Positions 31,714 to 45,646 are shown, counted from the whole stretch's first letter. The stretch is 62,877 nucleotides of DNA, filler included, from Octopus bimaculoides (GCF_001194135.2; 3 parts of 3 records of this genome joined end to end with filler, not necessarily neighbours in it), one strand, 5' to 3'. Notes: generated by a model not told the origin, from the letters alone. Numbers and translations are program-made.

Positions 31714-34657
31714 TTATTTATCTATCATGTATGTGTTTATATGCATATAACACGCAAACATACATTTATATGCAATATACACATACATTCACAAATATAT
31801 TTATTTATATGGCTAAACTGATAGAAATTCGATTACCTAATAGTTAGTAGGCTACGCCAATAGATTTGACAAGAATGTGCATCGATTTTTGATTTGCATT
31901 ACACTTCTATCTGCTCTGCTGTGAAAATACTGTGAAATCCCAACATCGAAAGAGGATACACAGATAAAGTCTACAATACTCACTTCGCCGAAATTGAGAA
32001 CACGTTCTAGGATATAAATGGAAAATAATTTTAAAATATACCGTCCCTCTACCTATACAAACTGAATACAATGATATACCAAAAATAAAAAAAAAAGATT
32101 GAGAACGACATCATACAATATTGACGCATGTTCCTATCAAAATGCTAACACAACCAAATTCACGGCAATGACGACGGCGGCTTATTGTTCTTATTCTTAA
32201 AGTTTTCGGTAACGAGAAGCTAGAATTTGTTTTCTTGCTGTGCTGGGTAAAACTGAGAAGAAATGCATGTTCTGTATATTGCTTGTGGAAATCTCTCAGC
32301 ATAAAAGAATTACTATTGCAGTTGCTTCACCAGTTATTGATCACGCATTTCGACCTCGGCGTTGTCTACGAAAATAATAGTCCAATCCTTTGGAGATTAA
32401 TCAGCTTGTTAATTGTGGCGTCGATAATCAGTTTTGCTTAAACTAACGTATGTAGCGGTATCAGTATGTCATTGATTTAGGAATATTTAGGAATATTACA
32501 AGTGAGTGCAGTAAGATAATATTGTCAAAGCCAGTGAGTTTACTCTTTTCGTAGATATGTCACTCTAGCATGTTTAAAAAATTCATGGTAGAACTATTGA
32601 GAAGGAAATATTTTTAAAAAGTGTGAATAAAGGGGATGGATCTGGGGCACAATATTTTGTTTTTATGTTTGGAGAACTTAGCATTGGAACAAAAAAAAAC
32701 TATCAGTGTCGGTATGCCTAAAATGTGTCATGTCAATCAATATATCCACCAGACGTTGCACTGCATATTAAGGAATCCTGTTTGGGTCATGGTCAATTAT
32801 AGATAGAACGCTTCAAGGGCTGGAAGCTCCCATACTCTCTTTATGACCCTGTTGGTGAAACTAAAAATTTTGTATCTTGACGTTGTAGCATGTGTAGTCA
32901 GAATAGTCGAGTAGAGGTAGCATATAAATTGAAATTCATTGTAATTCCTAATGTTTCCCTGTTGCATGTATTTGAAGGGGTGGGTTTTTACTGACTAATC
33001 TGATTTTCATGTGTCATCAGAATGAGGTTCCTTCCATGGATATTTCACTTAGCAACAATCTGGTCTGCATTTCATAAAAGTAAAGAAATTCATATATATT
33101 CAGCAGCAGTTAAACAGTTTTCATTTGAGATAACATGTGTTTTCACTTTTACTTATCTTTTGTTGTGAACTAATATTCTCCAGTTAGTTGTATATTATTA
33201 TATATTAAATAATGAAATGCTGTACACATACGTAATACATTGCATTAAACAGCAGATTATTGTACACTCGAAGAAGAATTTAATTTCTAAATAAATTTCC
33301 AGGAAAACTCCAATGATTTTGTATTAAACAGTAATGTCTTACATGAACAACAGTTGTGGGTCATTTACAATTAGTTTTCAGAATTACTGAAGCATATTAC
33401 TATTGCTGTGTTCTTACTTGAAATTGCTGCGGCATTGCAGAAATGCTCACTCGTTTATTATGCTTCCGGTCAAATTTGCATTCAAAAGCCGTTCACTCTG
33501 CCATATTGGCAGAGGATTAGGTCAGAAAGTTGTCTTGTAGCATGAAAAGCTACCTAATATGGAATGAAAGCACACTGTCTCACAAGATTGGCTTTAAATC
33601 GCACCTGACAACATCTCATTTGTAACAGGATAACACCAAAAGTGGAATCACGATCGTGCTCTGAGACAATTAAAGCATACTCTGAGGTGAAGGGATGTCT
33701 CAAAAACGTTTGTGAAGAAACTTCATCATTCCGAGTAAGGAAATTTCATCTTTCAAGTGGTATGACAAATGTACTTCATAAGGCTGTGTCGGAAGGCTAG
33801 TTTGCAAAAGTTTCTCGTCAACTACGTAGAGATCCTCACACATTTCACAATAACTGCTGAAGATCCACAAAACACATGCACACACAGAAATGTGGTTCAG
33901 TCATTAACATATCAGTAAAAATGCTTTCGAGAAATCAGCATGTATTGTCTAAGATTTAGTGAAATCTTGTGCTTGTGAAGTCCCATAAATAATTTGTACA
34001 GGAGTCAATGATATTCCTCCAAATAATCTACAACTAAGTGTCCAAGCTCCCAAAATATTGCTGCGATATTTGAATGCATCAATTCTGAAATGATAAAAGA
34101 CTAACAGGTAAAAACCCGTATGAATGAAAGTAATTATGACTTATTATATCAAAGCTAGGTTCCCTTTCCCCATATGTTCGTCATGGCATCAGATATTTCT
34201 TTTCAGTTCATGGTCCTTTGAAGTGTTCCCTATGGTCGCTGGATTTAAAATCAATGTTTTCCCCAAGGCCAAGCTCGCGTATTGAGATAAACAGAAATGT
34301 TTTCATCAAAGCATTAAAACACAGAACAAAAATGTTGTCTTCTCTAAATATATTTCTGTTAGATTTGTTTCTGTTTGTGTGTAGTAAATCGATGCAGAAT
34401 TACGAGTAAATATTTAAAGAAAAAAATTACGAATGTATTGTGTGAAAATAAAAAATAAAAATTATCAATAAGCATACAATCGAAAGATTCCCACATAATG
34501 GAATCCTGGAAAATATTCAAATGCAGACAAGCGTTACAAAAAATATGTGTAAACATTATTGCAAAAAAGAACTATATATAAAGAAAATTGTTATAAGTTA
34601 AAACTTATTAGTTTCACAAAAATGGATCTTTAATTTTTTTTAAATTTAAACTGCATT

Positions 34658-34706
<49 letters not shown>

Positions 34707-35320
34707 GAGCGCAGATGTGTATGTAAACATCTATATAATTGTATATGTATATTTATTGTATATTTATTGTATATTTATGCGTGTTTACACATGAACGTGC
34801 AAACACTTACACATGTATATTTTCATATATATTCATACACAATAGCAGAGTCGTATGCAGCAAATAATGTGTATACATTTCTTTCAGCAAGCTTGTCTCC
34901 GCATTTTTCTCTACTTGCTTAAAACAAACCCGCATCCCCATCAATTATTTCTGCTCTCTGACTGACTAAGCTAATTACCGCACTTTCCAATTTCTCTAGG
35001 TATATATACTAACTACAATGACATTGTCCCCCAAACAACGTACAGTCGTCTTTGTTCTGTACCTGTGTGATATTAAAACCGTAGGTTTTAAACATCATTT
35101 ATATCGTCATATCGAGTAACTTTAGCTATTCCTTGTAGGTGTATGTTATGGTTCTTTAATTAAGAAGATTGCTTTCGGACCACGTAGTTTCGTGTTCAGA
35201 CACACTGTACAATAATTTGGTCAATTGTTTTCTGCTATACCTCCAGGTTTACCAATGCCTTGTGAATAACTTTGGTATGACAGTAACTGAGTTGAGACTA
35301 GCTGTACATATATTCTACTT

Positions 35321-36217
35321 TATTTGACGTAGTATAAAAACGATTCTGATCAATTTATGTTTAATAACGATTAACTTTTTTACCTGAATTTTAACAATAT
35401 TTCCCTCGAAATAATCACCATGCACAGTAATACACCGATCCCAACTTTCCTGCCACTTTTGGAATCCGGCCTGGAAGTCATTTTCCCTAAGCGACAAAAA
35501 GACCTTCTGCGATTTGATTTTGATACCGACAACGGTGTTAAAACGGCAACCTTTGAGTAGCATTTTCATTCTGGGGAAGAGATAGAAGTCTGCAGGTGCT
35601 AGATCTGGTGAATAGGGCGGACGCAGAAGCGATACCATGTTGTTTTTAACGATAAACTCACGCGTGACGAGAGCTCGGTGATAGGGTGCATTTTCGCCGT
35701 GGAGAATCCCAGACTTCACGCACGACAGATACGTGCGATTTCGCCGAATGTTGTTCAAAATATCGGTGATTGTCCTCCGATGATCCCCATGCAAAAGCTG
35801 ATGAAAGATCGCCATATTTTCTGGGATGACGCTCATGGTAGGTCTTCCAGATTGCTCCTCGTCTTTCAGGGTCCCTTTTCTTCTTTTGAAGCGTCCGTGC
35901 CACTCGAAACATTATATATGATACATTACCTCATCGCCAAGAATGCTGGATATCTCTGTAGTAGGCCTCCCAAGTATAACTCAAGATTTCATGTTGGATA
36001 TTTCTACCAACTTCCTGTCTATGATAAAAATAGCAGACTACAGCTTATACATGATTGCAAAACTCAAACTTTACAACTTTCAAAGTAAACACAGCGATGT
36101 CACTCGGAACACCACCTCACGAAAGTCGCTGCTAGTTCTCACTGAGCATGCAACCCTGAGCTGCGATCTGTTGGCGTGTTACAGTAGCCCGGAAAAGTTT
36201 TGATACCACATCACATA
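35321..36217 (-). mobile_element. Internally deleted, inactivated mariner with both TIRs and TA ends
   Basis: TA-inclusive ends 35321-35348 and 36190-36217 are 21/28 complementary. N-terminal MKS*VILGRPTTE..CFEWHGRFK..SGRP, then a jump to ILHGENAPYH..PYSPDLAPADFYLFP..GFQKWQESWDRCI..GDYFEG. The WVPHEL region and first catalytic D are missing. Confidence 0.92.
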
Positions 36218-36262
<45 letters not shown>

Positions 36263-36265
36263 CGT

Positions 36266-36324
<59 letters not shown>

Positions 36325-36334
36325 NNNNNNNNNN

Positions 36335-37030
36335 TACCATGGTGTCTTCTCTATTAACATTTTGCCAATTCCTTGCATACTCGCATTCTCTAACGATGTA
36401 TCATACCGTTTCACACCTCTCACCACACATTTTGTATTCGTTGCTGTCGGCAGTGTTGTCGATTCTGCACTTCACATAGTTATTCCTTAACGCTTGCTCT
36501 TGAGCTGCGCATATAAGTCTCTATATTCAGTTTAGTCTTCTTCCTTCATAACCACCGGTCATCTGTATCTGTCTTGACGTTCGTATCTCTTGCGAACTGA
36601 CAGTATTTTTTCCCCCTTCCATGATGTTTCTTTTTTTTTTGTTCTTTTCCTGTTTAAGTTTTTCTTTCTTTACACAATTATCAACTTTAATGACGCTGGC
36701 CTTCTTCATGCTTCAACAGTGATTCCACGATATTTTATTCATACTACATTAAGCTGGTTTTCCTCTGCTGCGATACAAACCTGGCAACTGATCAAACTTC
36801 TCCAACATTTTTCTTGTCTTCGTATTCAAGTTCATCAGTTTTCTCTTTTGCCATTTCATAACTCCAGCTCCATACCAAAGTGATGCTATCACACATGTAT
36901 TAACCGCTTGGATTTTATTCCATCCGGTGAATTTTAAGCGCAGCACCAAACTTTGTCTTCGGAAATATTCCATCCTCAGTTGCTCTTTCATTTCCTTCTC
37001 CATTTCTCGTTGAACTCTAGTATGCTAAGA
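36335..37030 (-). mobile_element. R4/Dong-clade LINE fragment (post-RT region to zinc knuckle)
   Basis: EYFRRQSLVLRLKFTGWNKIQAVNT..YGAGVMKW..KTRKML and LICAAQEQALRNNYVKCRID..MCGERCETV*YIVREC. Confidence 0.85.
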
Positions 37031-37374
37031 TATTTGTAGCCTTCGTTTTCAATTTCTTTAATCAGTCCTCTGTATCTTTTTCTATTTCTTTTTGTAGACA
37101 CAAATATTTTGACGCTATGTGATTGTTTATAAAGCAGGAGGGAGAGAGAAAGGGAGAGAGACTAATATAAGAATCCGGCGTTACAAAACATGGATACAAA
37201 TGCAAAAAATATATTCTTTAAAACAATATATCCACTTCAAATGGACCTTTAATAACGGGCATAAAAGCACCATATTACATAAATTTCAAGCAGTATCAGT
37301 GACAACAATACTTCAACTAATATGTATAAGTTATTACTTGTAGGATGGAAGCTTAACAATATCATTGGTTTGAA

Positions 37375-37580
37375 AGTTTGACACAAGGCCAGTAATTTCG
37401 AGGGAATGGGTAAATCGACTACTATCGATCTCGGTGCTTAAATCGTACTCTTTTTATCGACTTCCGAAAAGATGAAAAGGAAAGTCGATCCGGTCAAATT
37501 TGAACTCAACACAGGAAGACGGACGAAACGCCACTAAGTAGTTTTCCCGGAATGCTTACGATTTTGTTAGCTCATTGCCT
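37375..37580 (-). mobile_element. Family-B SINE (inverted partner of the next copy)
   Basis: ACACAAGGCCAGTAATTT..TTTATCGAC..GATGAAAAGGAAAGTCGA..TTTGAACTCA. Confidence 0.75.
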
Positions 37581-37611
37581 TAAATTTATCAATAGTATTA
37601 TAATCGATATG

Positions 37612-37800
37612 AAGTGGCGAGCTGGCAGAACCATTAGCACACTGTGAAGAATGCTTAGCCTTACGTTTTGAGTTCAAATTCCGTCGAGGTCGGCTTTACA
37701 TTTCATCTTTTCGGGGTCGATAAAATAAGTACTAGTTCAGCACTGAGGTGGATGTAATCGTGTCCCATTCTCGAAATCACCGTCCTTGTGTACAAATTTG
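37612..37800 (+). mobile_element. Family-B SINE
   Basis: GGCGAGCTGGCAGAACCATTAGCAC..GAGTTCAAATTCCG..TTCGGGGTCGATAAAATAAGTAC. Confidence 0.85.
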
Positions 37801-38159
37801 AAATAAATATTTCAATAGAGATGCTAGCTCACGTTTTAAAAACACAATCAATCAAATCACACTGTGATTCAGTGAAGATCACATTTCTTCAAATATTTAA
37901 ATTCTTCAATTTCTTTCCTTTGGCTTTTCCTAAATATATCTTTACTGCATTTTTCGTTTTGGCTCATTATATACATATCAACAACAAAAGTTTCTTATTT
38001 TAGCCAATAAGATCAAATTTTGCAAGGAAAAACAAAAACATCGCTGCTGATAGAACGATAACCACATCACGTTTCTGAATAAAATTTGCATACTTGTTAA
38101 TAGGCGTTCAGTTGGTGTCAGATTTCATTTCTTTTCACAATAAGCGGAATATATGTGTA

Positions 38160-38209
<50 letters not shown>

Positions 38210-38618
38210 TATGTGTGTGTGTGTGTGTGCGTGCGTGTGTATGCGTTTGCTTGTGTATGCATATATACATACATATTTGAGTGTCTATATAATCAATATA
38301 TATATAATCAGTATGGCTACGGCCTAAGGGCTGAAACGTGGGGAAAAAAAGGAATAAAAAGATACATCTCAACAGAGAAGCATACAAATACACATACACA
38401 TACATAGAGTTATACATACACAGACACAAACACATACACATACACATTTATATAATTAATGGCTACATTCTCGTATACGATCAAAGACCGTAGCTAGAAG
38501 GTATCATTGATATGTGTCATTGATAACGCAATGAGTCCCTTGTATTAGCCTTCATCCCCGCCAAAGATTTGTATATTTTGTTACATAGCCCGCTGATGTG
38601 CTGAGTGTTAGAAGAAAC

Positions 38619-38890
38619 TTATGAAATACTTTGACGTCTTTTTAATCCTCCAGGTGAACGGCACATCTTTCCACATGTTGCATATGTTCTGTTGTCAACA
38701 ATAGCTGAATCATAATTTACAAGGGGTCGATTCTCGTGGCTTCTTTGATGGCAGACTCGGTTTGCATGACTAATGCTTTTTCTCCTACAAATCACACACA
38801 TAAAAATCAATATTGCTTCATTTTCTACCGGTTCATTCTTTCTAAGCTTTCTCCTGATCTCGTTGTGCTTCATTCTCTGTCTTTCAAACT
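38619..38890 (-). mobile_element. RTE-like LINE C-terminal zinc-finger fragment
   Basis: FERQRMKHNEIRRKLRK..CVICRRKSISHANRVCHQRSH..CGKMCRSPGGLKR, a tandem C2H2-like pattern as at RTE ORF ends. Confidence 0.65.
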
Positions 38891-38920
38891 TCAAGTTAGT
38901 TACACACACACGCACAAACA

Positions 38921-38960
<40 letters not shown>

Positions 38961-39304
38961 CATGCTCACGCACACTCATATATGGGAATTTCCATGCGTG
39001 TATATAGGAGCGTTTTCTTATGTATGCCACATAGTGCTGTATGACATTACATTCTTATTCTCAACTGTCGTCTACAAACCACAACTCCTCCAGTCATGCA
39101 GGTGGTATATCAAAACAGGACATCTGGGATATTTCGGTTCACAGTCTAGAACGTATTCAAGAATCGATGGGGCTTCTGCAAGAAATCATGTAACTAAATT
39201 CATACAAACACACACACACAAAAACACATATTCGAATATACGAACGTGTATCTATCTGCTTGTATTTATGCATTCATGCTTATACCTACATACATACTGA
39301 GGTA

Positions 39305-39655
39305 ATCTAGCCCCGCTACACAAAGAAGATTGACTTGGTGAAACAGATGAACTACTAACAGAGTCTACAAGAACCGAAGCTCTACTTTCTGGAACGAAGG
39401 CGAGGAAGGAATAAAGTGATATACACACCGAAGATCCTGGAAGGTCTAACTCTCAGTTAGGAAGTAAAAGCTATACAAACCACCAAACTGGACGGTACCG
39501 AATAATACCAAAGATACCGCTTTCTGCATATCAGCTAAGGACCTAGTATTGCAAATTCTTGGCTTTCAGAGGACTATACCAGTTTAACATTCTGCCAAGT
39601 AACCTACAGGATCTGTAAGGTGTAGATGTGGAAAAGTTTCAAAAAGCGCCTGAAC
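39305..39655 (+). mobile_element. CR1/Jockey-group LINE 3' fragment
   Basis: ..LYFLERRR..VIY..KILEGL..YTNHQTGRY.IIPKIP..FNILPSNLQDL.GVDVEKF. Confidence 0.75.
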
Positions 39656-40055
39656 TATATATATATATAACTAATTTAGAGACGAACCACCACTCTACAA
39701 TTCAGTCAACGAACAACCTGTCCAAAACCATGCTGTGAGGTATATACCATATCAATATTTATCTAAGATTTTAATCTAAAATTTTTGTAATATATAATAT
39801 ATCATATAAAGAAACATTCATCATAAAAATATTAATTTAAAAATCAAGTAAAGTATAAATAGGACAGTAAAAATTGATACAATAATATAATATGTAAAAG
39901 TATAAATGTATAAAAGTCAGTGATGTACATAGACTACGCGCGTTTCATGGCTGAAATAGAACTATATAAAATCATAAGCAAATTCTATCCAAGTTCATTA
40001 GAACGGGAAAATGATTTTACTCCGAAAATCAGTCACTCATCATGTCAAATTCCTA
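39655..40055 (-). mobile_element. Penelope-like terminal-repeat copy 2 (hammerhead-bearing), with a short inverted head copy at 40101-40130
   Basis: Homologous to 20125-20560. AGGAATTTGACCTGAC is repeated on the opposite strand at ~40115-40130. Confidence 0.65.
39930..40048 (-). ncRNA. Hammerhead ribozyme-like motif with extended stem II
   Basis: TTGAC|ATGATGA|GTGACTGA..74 nt..TCAGCCAT|GAAAC|GCGC|GTA|GTCTA. Palindromic GCGC loop III, GUA triplet; only the first core base (C to A) is non-canonical. Confidence 0.65.
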
Positions 40056-40130
40056 AAAGAATACCTATTTTTCATGTTTATGTTTATTCCTTGGATGATT
40101 TTAGGTATTTGTTTAGGAATTTGACCTGAC

Positions 40131-41055
40131 GTCGGAATTTATACATGTTCAAAACACTATCGATGAAAACCCCAGACGTTCAATGAGGTTTATTACTAAA
40201 GAATTTCGGGTGCCAGTGTGGACTATCAGAACTGTCGTACATCGTGATATTCGATACATCGTGATATTCGATACATCGTGATATTCGATAATGGGGAAAG
40301 GCCAATTCGTGCCTGTAAAGACACAGGAAAACCATCTCATCCCTTCAAAACGGTTACTTAACTCATGAACAAGGAATGCTTGGTTTTTTCTGTAACGAAA
40401 ATACTTCAACCAGGATCGAAGGTCTAACGGAAAAAATGACATGTTGTTATGCATAGATCCTTCTGAAGTACCCAGAATGATGCACACGAAATTTCCTGCA
40501 GTTTTAGGAGTGGTGCGTAGCGAAGGTCATGTGATGCTTCCCCACTTTTTTCCACAGGGTCTTAGAATTAATGCTGCTGGATACATTCAGGTATTGGAAA
40601 TTGTTATGAAGTCCTGGATTAGTGAAATATACAATGGAAGGTCATACGTGTTTCAACAAGTCTCAGCACTTTCTCACAAAGCCCTAGTCACCGATGAATC
40701 TTTGTCAGACAATCTTTACGATTATGTTACATACAATATGTAGCCTCCAAACTCGTCAGATTTGAACCCCATGGACAACTACGTGTGGAGCGCTGTTGAA
40801 AGGGAGACTAATTGTCATCCCCATAATAACATAGCTTCACTGAATAAGGAGCATATAAAGTCAGCATGCTATGGGTTTATATCCCGCATTGAAGCAGTCA
40901 TCGATGTTGAAGGTGGTTTCATAGAATAGTTTGCTTATAGAAACTGTTATCAAGACTAATTGAACAAAGATTTATTCAAATACATATTTATTTATGCTGG
41001 AAGATAGTTGTTTTATTCTTTGCCAAAACTGTCCTCAAATACCTGTCGCACCCTA
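40131..41055 (+). mobile_element. 5'-truncated maT (DD37D) Tc1/mariner-superfamily transposon, pseudogenised
   Basis: ..TKFPAVLGVVRSEGHVMLPHFFPQGLRINAAGYIQVL..YVFQQVSALSH..M*PPNSSDLNPMD. There are 37 residues between the second catalytic position (D to V) and the final D. Right end ..TACCTGTCGCACCCTA. Confidence 0.88.
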
Positions 41056-41079
41056 TATATCTCTGTATACGTGTGTGTG

Positions 41080-41118
<39 letters not shown>

Positions 41119-42479
41119 TGAGAGAGAGGGATGGAGAGCTATATATGAAAGACAGAGAAAGAGAGATAGACAGATAGATAGAGAGGGAGAGAGAGAGAGA
41201 GTGAGAGAGAAAGAAAGAAATATATACATTTCTATTCCTACGTACACAAGTAGGTATTTATAGTTATGTTCTGTTACACTTTAAATACCATTTTCTAAAA
41301 TCATTTTATTAATACTTCAGGGAATTTATAACTAAAATCGTCGCGATAATACAAACAGTGATAACAGATGTCTCTACGGTATTTGACCATTTCCTGCGAG
41401 GAATTTTGATTAACAGCCAACAGACACTTCACTATTAAAGTGCATTTTCTCAATTAGTTAGGAACACCGCAATCAATATTTCTAAGTTTCCAGGAAAATG
41501 CCCAAATTCTTGTTATGTGCCAGGACTGTGTATGTTGCGTTTATTGAGAATAGAACTGTAACTATTACCAAAAGCAGATATGGACACACAAACACGTATA
41601 TGTATGAATGCATGTATGTGTGTATATATTTGTATGTATGCATGTATGTATTTTTTTATGAAAGTTGGACGTTTGAAAAATAGCAGAAATCCGGCGTTGA
41701 ATTAATAATCTTTCTAGATATACCAGCGAAATAGATACACATATGTGTGTGAGGATGTCTTTCATTGCATACGCAAACAGGCATACACAAACGCCCACAG
41801 ATACACATATACACACACACTCAGACACGCACAAATACACACACATATGCGTATACATACACACATATGCGTATACAAACAGATACATATATGTACAAAC
41901 ATTCTATAATTATAAGCATAATTATAATTAGGGTTCAGCAAATTGCTTCACCACATACCGAAATTTAGAAATAGCAGTTAAATACTATTTCTCTACCATA
42001 AGATGTCTCCCAGACAGCAATAATCTAAATTCACGTAGGTAAAGAGAAAAAATAACGAATCCACCCTCCTTTGATCAACTACATACACTTTTCTGGATTA
42101 AAGAGATGTAAAATTTTATTTTTACTCACTTATTTCCATTTTCAGTGTAGTATTTCAATTGTAAATTTGAGAATACTAATAATTAAATACGTATCCGATC
42201 AAGCGACATCGAATAGCTAATATCCAAAAATTAGCACTTCCGAATTTATAAAGACGAGTGAGAACTTGCATTCTTCTCCAATCACCCACATGTGTTACGA
42301 GTAATCCCGCAGAAATTGCAATTTACTATCAGGGAGTGAATTATATTTTCAATAATAATAATAAAGGGTAAAATTAATTAATTAATTAATAATTAATAAT
42401 TTTACCAAGTAGTTCGGTATGTTAAAATAACCTTTGTTATTGTTGAAAACATACGTATATGTATGTATATATAAAACTT

Positions 42480-42990
42480 TCTTAGATAAAACTTAGATAT
42501 GTTTCAACCAAATATTGATCCAGGTCTGATAGGATTATCTAAATCGTTTTCAATGTCTCAAGTTTTGTGGTATCATGGTCCATTCGAGTAGGGACTTCTT
42601 GTTGAGTGAATTGTATCCAGGTATAGGTGGCTTATGTGGTATTCTTTGAAGAAATTTGTCCAGATTCCCTTTAAAGATGATAGGATCCTTTTCCATTTGA
42701 TATTTTTTTTGGAGGCGGGGGCAATGTTAAATAGGGCAGGGCCTGTTGAGGAAAAGAAATTGTGTTGCAGTGTATTTATGTTATGATCTTGAATTGGGTA
42801 GAGGACGTATGGCCCGTGGTCCTAGCCTTGGATGAATTTTAAAGCTAATGTTTAAGTCGTTAAGGCCATGCTGGCGGTATATTTTCAACATCGTGCAAAT
42901 GATGAATCGCACGAAGCAGTGCTGGAGAGAATAGAGTTTCAATGCTGTAAGACGATCTCGGAGATCGAAATCAGTCATGCCCTCACCAAT
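42480..42990 (-). mobile_element. CR1/Jockey-group LINE 3' end
   Basis: DRLTALKLYSLQHCFVRFIICTMLKIYRQHGLNDLNISFKIHPRLGPRAIRP..FKGNLDKFLQRIP; same family as 7815-8320. Confidence 0.85.
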
Positions 42991-43065
42991 ACAGCCATAT
43001 ATTAGTATATATGTGTGTTTATGTGTGTGTGTTTGTTTGTATGCGTGTTTGTGTGTGTGTGTGTG

Positions 43066-43105
<40 letters not shown>

Positions 43106-43417
43106 NNNNNNNNNNNNNNNNNNNNNNNNNNNNNNNNNNNNNNNNNNNNNNNNNNNNNNNNNNNNNNNNNNNNNNNNNNNNNNNNNNNNNNNNNNNNNNN
43201 NNNNNNNNNNNNNNNNNNNNNNNNNNNNNNNNNNNNNNNNNNNNNNNNNNNNNNNNNNNNNNNNNNNNNNNNNNNNNNNNNNNNNNNNNNNNNNNNNNNN
43301 NNNNNNNNNNNNNNNNNNNNNNNNNNNNNNNNNNNNNNNNNNNNNNNNNNNNNNNNNNNNNNNNNNNNNNNNNNNNNNNNNNNNNNNNNNNNNNNNNNNN
43401 NNNNNNNNNNNNNNNNN

Positions 43418-43475
<58 letters not shown>

Positions 43476-44368
43476 TGTGTGTGTGCGCGTGTGTGTTTGT
43501 GTGCGCGTGTCCATGTGTATGTGTGTATGTGTGTATATGTGTGTATGTGTGTATGTGTGTGTATGTGTGTATATGTATATATATATATATATATAAGCAA
43601 GATGTAAACAGTAGTAATATGGAGTCTTTACATATAATTACCAACCAAGATTGGCGCTGCCGTGTACGGGGCAGTGCTACAGGTATTTATAGCCCCAGGA
43701 AGACATCTGTTGCAGCTGGTCAACGACACACATTCTGTGTCCGATTAGTATTTGCGAGCGGAGGTGGTCGTTCCCATCTCTAGCCTTACGTGTTACACAC
43801 GGAGTGGAGTGTCTGGTTGGTTACCTATCCTCAGCGTGTGTTAATCCCCAGCTAGTGATATAATAGAGGCGAATCTGAATGAAAATATTGTTCAAGCGAT
43901 TATTTGATAATCTAGTGTAGAAGGTACTGGCTTCAATATTTTATTCCTCTCATGTCAGATAATGGAGAGAATGAATTGTGGTTAATCTATAACTATGTCT
44001 TCCTAATCTCTAATGAATAATACTAAGTACAGTAGAGACAGAAAGTGATTATTGTTGTTTGTTTAAAGGTTAAAATGGCTACGTATATCATATGCACAGA
44101 GGACCAAATTTTAACAATTTTTACTATGTATTAGTGGAGTTTATAAGTAAATAACAACAGATTTGCAGACGATGGTAAGTAGTAAATCCCCTGGAAATTA
44201 TTGCCTCGAGTCCTGGCACTTATAGGGCTGGTTACCCGGTTTCAAGTCGGGAATCAGTATTATGATCATGCTATCATAATTGAAACAATCAAACCAGTAG
44301 GCCAGGAACCTTCAAAGAGGTTACAGAACAAGAGAATCACAGTAATTCAGAAATCTATTTCCACTTCC

Positions 44369-44408
<40 letters not shown>

Positions 44409-45555
44409 CTGTCTGCCTGTCTGTCTGTCTGCCTGTCTGTCTGCCTGTCTGTATGCCTGCCTATCTGTCTGCCTGTCTGTCTGTGTCTCTCTGTTTCTGC
44501 ACATATATGTGCGAGTGTTTGAGGTGTATGTTCACCACTGTACAGACACACACGCTTATATGCTGAGAGAGTAAAGGAAATAGAAAGAAATGAGGTCGTA
44601 AAATTTTAGTATCCCAAATGGAAGATTTTAGTCAATGAACTTATTCAACATGCAATCAGTACCAGGAATATATGTATGCATATGAACACAAATGATATGT
44701 ATACGAATGATGCCTATTCGTTTATTTTGCAATTTCGGGAAATAAAAATAAATCTGGACTACAAGAAATTGATCAAATCGAAGCACCAGATAAATATCTC
44801 CGTAATTATATCCCGAAATCTTCAACAAAAGGAATAAATATTTGGCAACTGATTCTCTGATACACTGTAAGAAAAGACATGGCGATAGAAGTGACTTGAA
44901 TACCTTTAAGTCTAAATTTCAATTATTAACAAAAAACAGGAATATGAAATGTAGATGTAATTATAATCTCGAAGATTGTAGTTCATAAACATATATCATA
45001 AATGTAGAATAAGTACTGACAACATCATTAATATTGAAATAAATAAAAGTGAGCATCACAAAGGAAAGAAATCTATTTCAGAAGACTATGTGTTGATGGA
45101 ATAGAGATAGTAATAGTGAAAAATGTTTGGTTATATCTCTTAGTACAGCAGCACATATCCTTGGGCAAAATGGATTTCATGGTAAACTGTGATATTCAGA
45201 TATGTTTAATATCCTATTTTGATTAACTATTTCTCCATTACCCTTTATCTCTATTTCCAGGAATGCTATATATATATAATAATAAAAAACGCCATCTTTG
45301 ATAATTTTCATTTATTTCGACCAAGAATAATCAACTTTGCGCTCACGAAATATATAGCTGATTCCCAGTTTTCAATGCTATATTGCTCGTAGCCAAATGA
45401 TCATATCACATACTTCCTTAACAATTTCTTTCATATAAGCTGTGACAAGAATTTTATGAAATAAAAATTTCATGTTCTATATGTTTTACCCACACGTGCG
45501 AGGACACATACACTCTAAGTGATACAATCAGACTTTATATATATATATATATATA

Positions 45556-45558
<3 letters not shown>

Positions 45559-45644
<86 letters not shown>
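45559..45644. repeat. (TG)n microsatellite
   Basis: Direct reading; about 43 uninterrupted units. Confidence 0.97.

Positions 45645-45646
<2 letters not shown>

Noticed and set aside
35315-35836. Domesticated transposase gene (SETMAR-like)
   Set aside because: Upstream stops, an internal deletion, a mutated HDNA motif and retained TIRs indicate a dead element.
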